This document shows, piece after piece, positions 18,801 through 27,288 of a stretch of DNA of 64,000 bases. The notes below the pieces were generated by a model, which was given only the letters and a program-made list of their open reading frames with translations, was not told the DNA's origin and did not search any database. Source of the stretch: Roseomonas sp. (GTDB taxonomy: Bacteria; Pseudomonadota; Alphaproteobacteria; Acetobacterales; Acetobacteraceae); contig JADCGF010000011.1 in NCBI GenBank assembly GCA_020249145.1, forward strand, positions 75,012 to 139,011, written 5' to 3'. Position 1 is the stretch's first letter, and each line of letters starts with the position of its first letter. The position numbers and the translations under genes are program-made.

Positions 18801-18920
18801 GAAACCCTCTCCCGTTGGTTTTGGTTGTGCCGGTAATCAAACCGCCAGCACTTCAACGGAAGAATACCGCAGGGGCAGCGCCGCCGTCCATGCGTATATG
18901 AAGGCCAGCGCCCGAGTGTT

Positions 18921-19532
18921 TCAGGCCGATACCTGCCGCACCAGATCCCGCTTGGCGAGCGCCGCCCCCGCCGCCCAGGCCGGCACCAGCGGGCGCGATT
19001 TTTCAAACCAAAGGCAGGTTTCCTCGATACCGCGTGCGGGGCACCAGATGCGCCCTTCCCCAAGCGGCCCGAATCCCAGCAGGCGAACAACCGCGAGCGA
19101 GGCTACATTATCCGGCTGCACCGCCGCCCGCAGGCAATCAATATCCATATGCTTGAAGGCGAGTTCGACCGCGACCGGCCCCGCTTCACGCATCAGCCCC
19201 TGGCCTTGATATTGTTCCCCGAGCCAATAGGTCGTCAGCGCCACCCGGTCATCGCCCGGCGGGCAGATCAGGCTGACCCAGCCGCAAATCGCACCATCGG
19301 ATTTCCGTTCCAGTGCCAGCGGCAGGGACCGCCTTTCCGCGGCCGCACCGCGGGCCGAACTGATTTTCTCCTCCGCCATGGGCGAAGAGAATGGCACGGG
19401 CCAGGAGGCCAATCGCTTGCTGATCGCTTCCGTCATCATCTCCGCAATGGCCGGGGCATCGCGACCTTCGACGCAGCGCAACCGAAGGCGAGGCGTTTCT
19501 GCTACGGGAGCAGATGGGAGAAAAACAACCAT
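18921..19532 (-). CDS. GNAT N-acetyltransferase (RimJ/RimL type)
   Basis: ETPRLRLR, YWLGEQYQGQGLMREA, NVASLAVVRLLGF. Confidence 0.85.
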   Translation of the reverse strand: MVVFLPSAPVAETPRLRLRCVEGRDAPAIAEMMTEAISKRLASWPVPFSSPMAEEKISSARGAAAERRSLPLALERKSDGAICGWVSLICPPGDDRVALTTYWLGEQYQGQGLMREAGPVAVELAFKHMDIDCLRAAVQPDNVASLAVVRLLGFGPLGEGRIWCPARGIEETCLWFEKSRPLVPAWAAGAALAKRDLVRQVSA

Positions 19533-19556
19533 AAGATGTATATAGACTGTGGAAAT

Positions 19557-20897
19557 CTATTTGGCTAGAAAATTTTTTAACCTTTCCGCAGCTTTTCCGC
19601 GAGGTTGATCAAACATCCTCGACAGGGAAAACTTCCCATGATGCACGCGGGCGCGGCGGTGGGAGAATTCCAGAAAGCCGGCCAGCCCATTGCGTCGCCC
19701 GAAGCCAGAATCACCAGATCCACCAAAACCCAAAGCCTGGAAGCCCGCGAATTCCACGGTGCGCCCAGCGATGATGGCGCTGCCCTTGGCGATCCGTGCA
19801 ACCTGATTTTCTTCCTCAGACGTCGCACCAAAAAGGTAGATGGCCAGGGGTGATGGACGGTCTACAACCCAGGCGAGTGCCATCCGAAGCGAATCTTCTT
19901 CACGCATAAGTAGTATCGGGCCGAAGATTTCCTTATGGCAGATTGCCGCTTCGGGCGGGGCTTCCGCCAGCATCAGCGCCATGTGTCGCCCCGGACCGTT
20001 CTCAGCCAGCGGGGTCAGGCTGGCGCCGGCCATCAGGCGTTGAAGCCGGGCAAGCTGGGCGGCATTGATCACGGCGGTCTCAGGCAGGCCGATGCCGCTT
20101 TCGCGGCAGGCTTCGATGAAGGCCTGCTTGCTATGCCCGACCAGCAGCACGGTATCCGGCGCCACGCAGGTCTGCCCTGCATTGAAGGCCTTGCCCGCCA
20201 GAATATCGCGCGCAGCCCGCTTCAAATCCGCCCCCGGCAGCACCAGCACCGGGCATTTGCCGCCAAGTTCCAGCGTCAGCGGCGTTAGATTCGGTGCGGC
20301 GGCGGCCATGATCTTGCGCCCCGTGGCCGTGCTGCCGGTGAAGACCAGATGATTCCAGGGTTGCGCCGCGAAATCCGCACCCACTTCCGCGCCGCCTTGC
20401 ACGCAAAGCGCAATGCCATCGCCCCAGGCATCGCGCAAAACATCGGCAATCAGCGCGGCGGTGCGCGGCAGCGCTTCCGATGGTTTCACACAAACCCGGT
20501 TACCGGCAGCAATGGCATCAATCGCGGGCAGCAGCGCCAATTGCACCGGGTAATTCCAGGGCGCCATGATGCCAATCACGCCTTTGGGGACAAATTCTTC
20601 CCGCGCGCGCGCCGGCCAGAAGGGATAGGGCACGCTCACGCGGCGCGCGCGCGTCCAATGCCACAAATTGCGCCGCGCATAACGCGCCATGTCCGCGACC
20701 AGCAACACATCCGCAAGCAAGGTTTCTATCGGCGCGCGGCCTTCATATTCGGCATCCAGCACCGCCATGATCTCATGCGACCGCGCCATCACGGCGCGCG
20801 CGAGGCCCGCCAGCAGCGCGCGGCGTTGCTTCAAGTTGGGGATACCATCACGCGCTTCGGCGGCGCGCAGCGCAGCAAGGGCTTCGGCAGGGGTCAT
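19557..20897 (-). CDS. Aldehyde dehydrogenase (class 3 like); likely 4,4'-diapolycopene aldehyde dehydrogenase (AldH/CrtNc role)
   Basis: PWNYP, FTGS, LELGGK (catalytic Glu), NAGQTC (catalytic Cys), EIFGP; ATGA overlap with hpnE; role inferred from operon context. Confidence 0.85.
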   Translation of the reverse strand: MTPAEALAALRAAEARDGIPNLKQRRALLAGLARAVMARSHEIMAVLDAEYEGRAPIETLLADVLLVADMARYARRNLWHWTRARRVSVPYPFWPARAREEFVPKGVIGIMAPWNYPVQLALLPAIDAIAAGNRVCVKPSEALPRTAALIADVLRDAWGDGIALCVQGGAEVGADFAAQPWNHLVFTGSTATGRKIMAAAAPNLTPLTLELGGKCPVLVLPGADLKRAARDILAGKAFNAGQTCVAPDTVLLVGHSKQAFIEACRESGIGLPETAVINAAQLARLQRLMAGASLTPLAENGPGRHMALMLAEAPPEAAICHKEIFGPILLMREEDSLRMALAWVVDRPSPLAIYLFGATSEEENQVARIAKGSAIIAGRTVEFAGFQALGFGGSGDSGFGRRNGLAGFLEFSHRRARVHHGKFSLSRMFDQPRGKAAERLKNFLAK

Positions 20898-22120
20898 CGC
20901 GGTAAATCCTTTACCGCAGCCTCACCAGAAAGCACGGCGGCTTCAATGGTGGCGGGCAGGCGCGGCCAGGTCCAATCTCCGGCCAGGACCAGGTTGCGAT
21001 AAACCTGCCGCGGCGGTTGCGGCGGCATGCCCACCGCATGGCGCGGCGTAGCGCGGCGTTCCTTCACCGCGCGCATGGCGGGCGGCGCTTCCGGCCACTC
21101 ACCCGGTAGGCTGAAAGCCTTGGCAGCAGCACGAATTTCCGCCCAAGCACGCGGCGCAAGATCAGGCGCCTGTTCTTCCACTTCCGCATCTGCCGCGCTG
21201 ACCGTGACACTCACCCCACCTGGCCGCACCAGCACCCATTGCGTGAGGCCGCCCAACACCCCGATGAAGCGCACCGGCCCCGCCGTTTCATGCGCGAAAT
21301 GCAGATTGAGGATAGGCGCATGGCGTTCCGGCACGCGGAGTTTTGGGATCAGCCGCGCCACTTCCCAAGGCGGCAGCGCGAGCACAATGGCATCACGGGC
21401 TTCGAGCGCAAGGCTGTCATCACCAAAATGCAGCGCGATGATGCGCCCTTCCGCTTCTGTCATGGCGCGGAGCCTGGCGCCGAAACGAATAGTCGCGCCC
21501 GCCTGTTCCAAAGCGCGCAAGGCGGGCGCAATCAAATCCGGCCCCAGTCCCTCCCGCGCCACAAGCAGCGCACCTGCGCCAGGCCGCCCAAGCCGCCGCA
21601 GCACCACGCCAAGCCGCGCGGAAGAAGCCTCCTGCCCCGGTGTATTCAGTGCTGCCACGGTGAGCGGTTCGATCAGCGCACGATACAGCACGGGATGCGC
21701 CGCCATGGCTTCCGCGACAGGCCGATCCCCAATCGGCAGAGCAAGGCGCAGCAGCGCGGCGATGGCGCCCGCACTCAAGCCCGGCGGGCGTTTGTCAGGG
21801 TCGCGCCAGGCGAGTGGGCTGGCGGCGATGCGCCTCGCGCTGCCATCAGCCAAATCGAAAACCGGCAGGCCTTCCGGTTCGGCTTCCACCCAGCCCTCAC
21901 GCGCGCCGATATCCGTAAGGAAGCGCAAAGCAGCGCGGTTGGCGCCCATCAGCGCATGGGTGCCGTTATCCGTGCCATCCGGTAGCGCGCGGCAGCGCCC
22001 GCCGGCGACGGGTGTCGCTTCATGCAGCGTCACCCGGCGCCCGGATTGTGCCAGACGCAAGGCAGCCACGAGCCCCGCAACCCCGGCGCCAATGACATGA
22101 CAGGTAGCGTTCTGGCTCAC
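20894..22120 (-). CDS. hpnE: Hydroxysqualene dehydroxylase
   Basis: VIGAGVAGL, GGRCR, DNGTHALMGAN, KERRAT, LAGDWT..LPATIEAAVLSG. Confidence 0.85.
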   Translation of the reverse strand: MSQNATCHVIGAGVAGLVAALRLAQSGRRVTLHEATPVAGGRCRALPDGTDNGTHALMGANRAALRFLTDIGAREGWVEAEPEGLPVFDLADGSARRIAASPLAWRDPDKRPPGLSAGAIAALLRLALPIGDRPVAEAMAAHPVLYRALIEPLTVAALNTPGQEASSARLGVVLRRLGRPGAGALLVAREGLGPDLIAPALRALEQAGATIRFGARLRAMTEAEGRIIALHFGDDSLALEARDAIVLALPPWEVARLIPKLRVPERHAPILNLHFAHETAGPVRFIGVLGGLTQWVLVRPGGVSVTVSAADAEVEEQAPDLAPRAWAEIRAAAKAFSLPGEWPEAPPAMRAVKERRATPRHAVGMPPQPPRQVYRNLVLAGDWTWPRLPATIEAAVLSGEAAVKDLPR

Positions 22121-23778
22121 GCGCGGCTGGGGCTTGCTTGCGGCATGGGCATGACCCCCATGGCATAGGCCGCCATGCGGAGCTTTTCGCCGCGCGTCAG
22201 GCGGGGGCGTGGCCGAGGCAGGCCGAAGCCGCGCGCCATCAGGCGTTCAAACAACCGCTGATAACCCCACATCATGATACGCGCCGGCAAAAGGGCGCGT
22301 TGATCCAGATGCCGCAGTTCCGCTGCCGCTTGTGCAAAGCCTGCCTCTGCCTGCTGCGCCAAATGCGCCGCGGCGCGGGCAAATCCTGGGCTTGCAATCA
22401 GCGTTGTGGCCGGTGCGTCAGCCACACCTTCAGCGGCCAGCAGATCAAGCGGCAGATAGACGCGGTCGCGCAGTGCATCCTCATCCAGATCGCGCAGAAT
22501 ATTCACCAATTGCAGCGTGCGCCCCAAGCCAAGACCGAAATCAGCCGCTTCCGGCGCGCCAAAAATCCGCACCGCCATGGCGCCGACGCTACCTGCGACC
22601 CGGCGGCAATAAAGGTTCAGCGCTTCGGTATCAGCGATCCGCAGGCTTGGCGTGGAATCGGTTTCCATCCCCGCGATCATCGCTTCGCATTCCTGGATCG
22701 GTAGCGCGAAGTTCGCGCGCGCCAGCGCCAATTCACGCGAAAGCGCACAATCGGGCGCACGCAGCTTGCCGCGCCAATCGGCCAGGAAGCGGCGCTTTTC
22801 GGCTTCCGGCATTGCGCCATCAGCAATGTCATCCACCGCACGGCAAAAAGCATATACCGCCCAAAGCGCGCGACGCCTTTCGCCCTTCAGCGCCGACATG
22901 CCGCGCGCAAAGGAAGACCCCGCGCGCCCAACCCGCGCACTGACCAAAGCCGCGTCGCTTGGCCCGGTGCCGAGTGCAGCGCGAAAGCCATGCAGGAAAT
23001 CAAGGCGCGATAGGGCCACCCGCCCCAGAACCGGATCCGCCGCGCGCAGCCGCGCCAGCAGCCGCCGCGCGAGTGCGATGGTGACTGCGCTTTCGCGTGC
23101 CAGGCGCTTGGCCGAGAGCAACCGCGGCAAAGCAGCGGCGGCATCCAGCCTTTCCTCCACCTGATCCAGCGCAGCGTCCAGCACTGCGCGCCGCGCCTCG
23201 GTATTGGTGGGATCGAAGAAGCGCGCCTCACCCCCGGCCAAATCCATCCAGGCTTCCGGCAGATAAACGCGCCCGATATCGCGCCGATCCGGCACCAGAT
23301 CCTGCATATGGTTCAAGATTTGCAGCGCGGTACAAAGCGCATCCGCTGCTGCGATGGCCGCCGGCATCGCCTCATCATGTAAGCGCAGCAACATGCGTCC
23401 GACAGGATTGGCTGACCGTGCGCAGTAATCTTCCAAAGCCGCCCAATCGGCATACCGCGCCTGCGTTGCATCCTGCCGAAAGGCGGAGAGCATCAGCCGC
23501 GCTTCTGCCGTGCCACTGCCCGCGCGATGCAGCCCGATGGCGGCGGGTTCATCCGTGGCGGGATCATCAAGTGCTGCTTCAAGAACTGCCAAGCGCCGCA
23601 GCTTTTCATCCGGGCTCAGTGCTGGATCATCGGCGATATCATCCGCAGTGCGCACAAAGCGATAAAAGCCCAGCACCTTTGGGCGAATTTCCGGCGCCAG
23701 TAGCCGGGACGCGACAGGGAAATTCTCAGACCCCGCGTCACGTGTTGGCGCGCGGGAAGCAGCGCTTTCAGCAATCAT
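22117..23778 (-). CDS. hpnC-hpnD: Fused squalene synthase HpnC (N-terminal) and presqualene diphosphate synthase HpnD (C-terminal)
   Basis: N-half ENFPVAS...RTADDIADD...QILNHMQD; C-half GSSFARGM...AFCRAVDDIAD...QLVNILRDLDED; one 553-aa ORF. Confidence 0.88.
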   Translation of the reverse strand: MIAESAASRAPTRDAGSENFPVASRLLAPEIRPKVLGFYRFVRTADDIADDPALSPDEKLRRLAVLEAALDDPATDEPAAIGLHRAGSGTAEARLMLSAFRQDATQARYADWAALEDYCARSANPVGRMLLRLHDEAMPAAIAAADALCTALQILNHMQDLVPDRRDIGRVYLPEAWMDLAGGEARFFDPTNTEARRAVLDAALDQVEERLDAAAALPRLLSAKRLARESAVTIALARRLLARLRAADPVLGRVALSRLDFLHGFRAALGTGPSDAALVSARVGRAGSSFARGMSALKGERRRALWAVYAFCRAVDDIADGAMPEAEKRRFLADWRGKLRAPDCALSRELALARANFALPIQECEAMIAGMETDSTPSLRIADTEALNLYCRRVAGSVGAMAVRIFGAPEAADFGLGLGRTLQLVNILRDLDEDALRDRVYLPLDLLAAEGVADAPATTLIASPGFARAAAHLAQQAEAGFAQAAAELRHLDQRALLPARIMMWGYQRLFERLMARGFGLPRPRPRLTRGEKLRMAAYAMGVMPMPQASPSRA

Positions 23779-24878
23779 GCCGTGCCGCTGGCGGAATAGG
23801 CGCGGCCCTTCCAGCCGGCGGGGCGGCCAATCAACACGCGCACCAGCGCAGTCCATTGAATGGCGAGCCCAACCAATACGGCCAAGGGATGCAGCGGCAC
23901 TGTCCACCAGGCTTCACGCGTTTTGAAGGTAATGACGGCGCGCAACCCGAACACCAGCAGGATGGCAAGCGCTGCCTGCCATTCCGGCAGCAGAAAGAAG
24001 GGCCAGATATGCGCACCGGCCAGAAGCGTGGTCCAGATCGGCAGGCCCACCGGCGTCGCCATGCCTTCATGCGCATTCTTGATGAAGCCGTTCCAACTGG
24101 CGCGAAAGCCATCATACATCCGGCATTCCGCGAGGGCGACACCTTCCACCATTTCGGTACGAAAACCGGCGCCGCGCAGCTTGCGCGAAAGCTGCAAGCC
24201 ATCATGCAGCGACCCCCGGATTGCCCCATGCCCACCAAGGGTTTCGTAAGCGCCACGTTCAAACAGAATCAATTGCCCGCAAGCCGCGCCAAGCTCCGCA
24301 CGTTCAGTCTCGGCCCGTCCGCCGCCGGGCAGATAGCCGATCAGCAGCAGATTTATCATGGGCACCGTGAGTGCTTCACCCAATGAGCCAATGATCTGGC
24401 GCGGCACGCCTGTCACCATCGCCAGTTTCTGCCGCGCGGCATGGCCACACATCGCCGAAGCGGCATCACGCGCCAGGCGCACATCCGCATCTATGAACAG
24501 GAAATGCGTCCCGCGCGCCGCTTCCGCCAGCCGAGCGCAGGCGTGCACCTTACCGGTCCAGCCCTGCGGCAATGGTGGGCAAGCCAGCAGGCGCACCCGC
24601 GCATCCCGCGCGGCATAGGCGCCGACAATCGCTGCCGTGCGATCGGTTGACCCATCATCCATCACCAGCACTTCAATCGCGACACCCTGTTGCGCCAGCG
24701 CGGCATCAAGGCAGGCGCTGATGTGTGCTTCTTCGTTCCGCGCCGGTATCAGGATGGAAACCAGCGCATCCTTGGGCGCCGGCCCGCGCGCCTTGGCCAT
24801 GCGGCGCAGGTTATCAATCGCGAAACCCACAGGAAACAGCGCCAGGGCAAGCGCAATCCAGGGCAGGAATTCTGTCAT
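23775..24878 (-). CDS. GT2 glycosyltransferase (CrtQ-like carotenoid acid glycosyltransferase)
   Basis: SILIPARNEE, DDGSTD, GWTGK..AC, FIDAD, ACGQ, CRMY. Confidence 0.85.
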   Translation of the reverse strand: MTEFLPWIALALALFPVGFAIDNLRRMAKARGPAPKDALVSILIPARNEEAHISACLDAALAQQGVAIEVLVMDDGSTDRTAAIVGAYAARDARVRLLACPPLPQGWTGKVHACARLAEAARGTHFLFIDADVRLARDAASAMCGHAARQKLAMVTGVPRQIIGSLGEALTVPMINLLLIGYLPGGGRAETERAELGAACGQLILFERGAYETLGGHGAIRGSLHDGLQLSRKLRGAGFRTEMVEGVALAECRMYDGFRASWNGFIKNAHEGMATPVGLPIWTTLLAGAHIWPFFLLPEWQAALAILLVFGLRAVITFKTREAWWTVPLHPLAVLVGLAIQWTALVRVLIGRPAGWKGRAYSASGTA

Positions 24879-25693
24879 GGCGCAGTCTCCGCGCGTTGTT
24901 CATGTCGGGGGTCGAAGCGTTCGCCGCGCAGCAGCGCCTTGGCGCGGCGCCAGGCTTGATAAATGCCGCCCATGCCTTCGCGGCCCTGCACCAGGGTTTG
25001 AAAGGCGGCAGGATCACGCGCAATGGCATCCGTGCTGAGCTTTTCCATCACGCCCGCCAAAGCGTCAGACAGCATTGCGCTGCGGGCTTCACGCGGCGCT
25101 GCCAGCAGCGTCGCAGCCGGGATCGGCGCGCCGAAAGCAGCCAGCATTTCCGCCTTGCGCTCACTCCAGAAGGGATAATCCAGCGCAAGCGGCACAAACA
25201 CCGCATCAGGCGCGATTTCCGGCAGGCGGATCATGCCGGGCGCAATCGGCACGGGCCTTTCGCGCGCGTCGCTGAATCGCCCCGGCGCATTGATCCAGAG
25301 GATATGCGCAGGATTCGCCAAAACCTTTTCCACCACACGCAAAAACGCCACGGAACCGCGCGCCGATCCGGTTTCAATGCCAAATACGCCAAGTCGCTTC
25401 ATGAAGCGATATTTTTCGAGCGCCGCCGCATCCATCGGCGTGAACAAAGGCCGCTGCGGCAAAAGCCGGCGATAGAGCAGCATGAACGCCACGCCATCCC
25501 ACCAGGACGGATGATTGGCGAAAATCACCACGGGCTTGCCTGCCGGCAATTCAGGCAGGCCCCAGCGCGTCACGCGCAGCGCGCGCATATGCTTGGCGAA
25601 GAAACGCGTGAACATGAAATCGAAAAAATCCAGATGGCGCGCAGAACGCAGCGCCACCGGGTCAGGCACTTGTTTTGCCTGGCCTGTCGTCAT
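24875..25693 (-). CDS. Lysophospholipid acyltransferase (PlsC-like) family protein; probable glycosyl-carotenoid acyltransferase
   Basis: FANHPSWWDG (HxxxxD), WINAPG, PLALDYPFW. Confidence 0.8.
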   Translation of the reverse strand: MTTGQAKQVPDPVALRSARHLDFFDFMFTRFFAKHMRALRVTRWGLPELPAGKPVVIFANHPSWWDGVAFMLLYRRLLPQRPLFTPMDAAALEKYRFMKRLGVFGIETGSARGSVAFLRVVEKVLANPAHILWINAPGRFSDARERPVPIAPGMIRLPEIAPDAVFVPLALDYPFWSERKAEMLAAFGAPIPAATLLAAPREARSAMLSDALAGVMEKLSTDAIARDPAAFQTLVQGREGMGGIYQAWRRAKALLRGERFDPRHEQRAETAP

Positions 25694-27276
25694 TCCGCCG
25701 CGGCTGGCAGATCGGCCTCTCGCCGGCCGGCCAATTCAGCTTCGGGCGACATGCCGCGCCCGCCAAGATCACGGTCCAAAGCATCGGCCGCGATCCAGCC
25801 GGACATCATCACCATGGGCATGCCAGGGCCGGGATGCGCCGCACCGCCGGCCAGATAAAGCCCCTTGATCGCCTTGCTGCGATTGCTCGGCTTGAAGGCG
25901 CCGGTGAAGGAACCATGCGATGCCAGGCCATAAATCGCGCCATTCAACACCTTGTAGCGGTTATGGATATCCACCGGCGTCAATTGGCTTTCGCAGACAA
26001 TGCGGCTTTCGATGTCTTCCATCCCCGCAGTGCGCTTCAGCTTATCCAGGATTTTCTGGCGATAGGCCGGGAACATTTTCGACCAATCATGATGCGGGCG
26101 CAGATAGGGCGTGTGTACCAGCACATAAAGCGCTTCCCCACCTTCCGGCGCGACCGAAGGATCAGTGCACGATGGCGCGGCGAGATACGCAGTCGGGTCC
26201 GGCGCCGGTTCGCCCTTGCGATAGATGGCATCGAATTCTTCTTCCGCATCGCGGGAGAAGACGAAATCATGATGCGCCAAATGTTCGTAACGGCGATTGA
26301 GCCCGAGATAGAGCACAATACCGGAACAGGCGGGTTCATACTTCTTGGCGTAGCGCTGAGACGCATTGCCCTTCACCAATTCCGTATAGGTGCGGATCGC
26401 ATCCATGTTCGAAATCAGCGCATCGCAGGCAATGCGTTCGCCATTGGTCGTGACACTGCGCACCGCACCATTCACGATTTCAATATCCGTCACTTCGGCA
26501 TTGGTACGCAAATCAGCGCCCAGCGACGCGGCAAGATTGGCAAGCCCTTCCGCCGTGGCGCGCGTGCCACCTACGGGGTACCAGACACCTTCGGATGCCT
26601 GCATATCGCCAATGCTGCACAGCACCGCCGGCGCCAGATAGGGGCTCGATCCGACATATTGCGTGAAGTGATCCAGCATCTGCGCCAATTGCTCATTCGG
26701 CACATGGCCGCGAATCACCTTCGCCACCGTCTGGCCCATGCGCAGCGCCATCACATCGCGAAGCACATCAGGCTTGAAGTTGTCGCCAAGATTCAGCGTA
26801 TCGCCGATGCCTTCCACGGGCTTCCAGAAGAAGAATTTCTCGGAAACCTTGTGCAAATGGCGGGCCACGCGCTGGAATCGTTCATACCCCGCGCCATTCG
26901 GCCCGCCGGGAGCGAATTCATCCATCAGCCGTGCCATATCCTGCACGTTTTCGATCAGATCAATCTGCTTGCTGCCATCAAAAAAGCAGCGCCATTGCGG
27001 ATCAAGCCGGATCAGCGGCATTTCCTTTTGCTGATCGCGCCCCGCTTCGGCGAAGATGCGGCGCAGCACGCGCGGCACGGTCAGGATGGTGGGGCCCATA
27101 TCGAAGCGGAAATTCCCGCGCCCATCCGGCGATGGCATGCTCAGCACCGCCGCCTTGCCGCCCAGCCAGGAATTACGCTCAAGGACCGTGACCTGATGCC
27201 CACGCGCCTGCGCGGTGGCGGCGGCTGCAAGCCCACCCAAACCGCTGCCGATGACAACTACCTTGGCACCCATCAC
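25690..27276 (-). CDS. crtP: Phytoene desaturase family protein; probable diapolycopene oxygenase (CrtP/CrtNb)
   Basis: GSGLGGL, FDMGPTILT, GVWYPVGG, YGLASHG, GGAAHPGPGMPMVMMSG; second CrtI-family paralog in the operon. Confidence 0.75.
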   Translation of the reverse strand: MMGAKVVVIGSGLGGLAAAATAQARGHQVTVLERNSWLGGKAAVLSMPSPDGRGNFRFDMGPTILTVPRVLRRIFAEAGRDQQKEMPLIRLDPQWRCFFDGSKQIDLIENVQDMARLMDEFAPGGPNGAGYERFQRVARHLHKVSEKFFFWKPVEGIGDTLNLGDNFKPDVLRDVMALRMGQTVAKVIRGHVPNEQLAQMLDHFTQYVGSSPYLAPAVLCSIGDMQASEGVWYPVGGTRATAEGLANLAASLGADLRTNAEVTDIEIVNGAVRSVTTNGERIACDALISNMDAIRTYTELVKGNASQRYAKKYEPACSGIVLYLGLNRRYEHLAHHDFVFSRDAEEEFDAIYRKGEPAPDPTAYLAAPSCTDPSVAPEGGEALYVLVHTPYLRPHHDWSKMFPAYRQKILDKLKRTAGMEDIESRIVCESQLTPVDIHNRYKVLNGAIYGLASHGSFTGAFKPSNRSKAIKGLYLAGGAAHPGPGMPMVMMSGWIAADALDRDLGGRGMSPEAELAGRREADLPAAAE

Positions 27277-27288
27277 GCCGTCTCCTTC

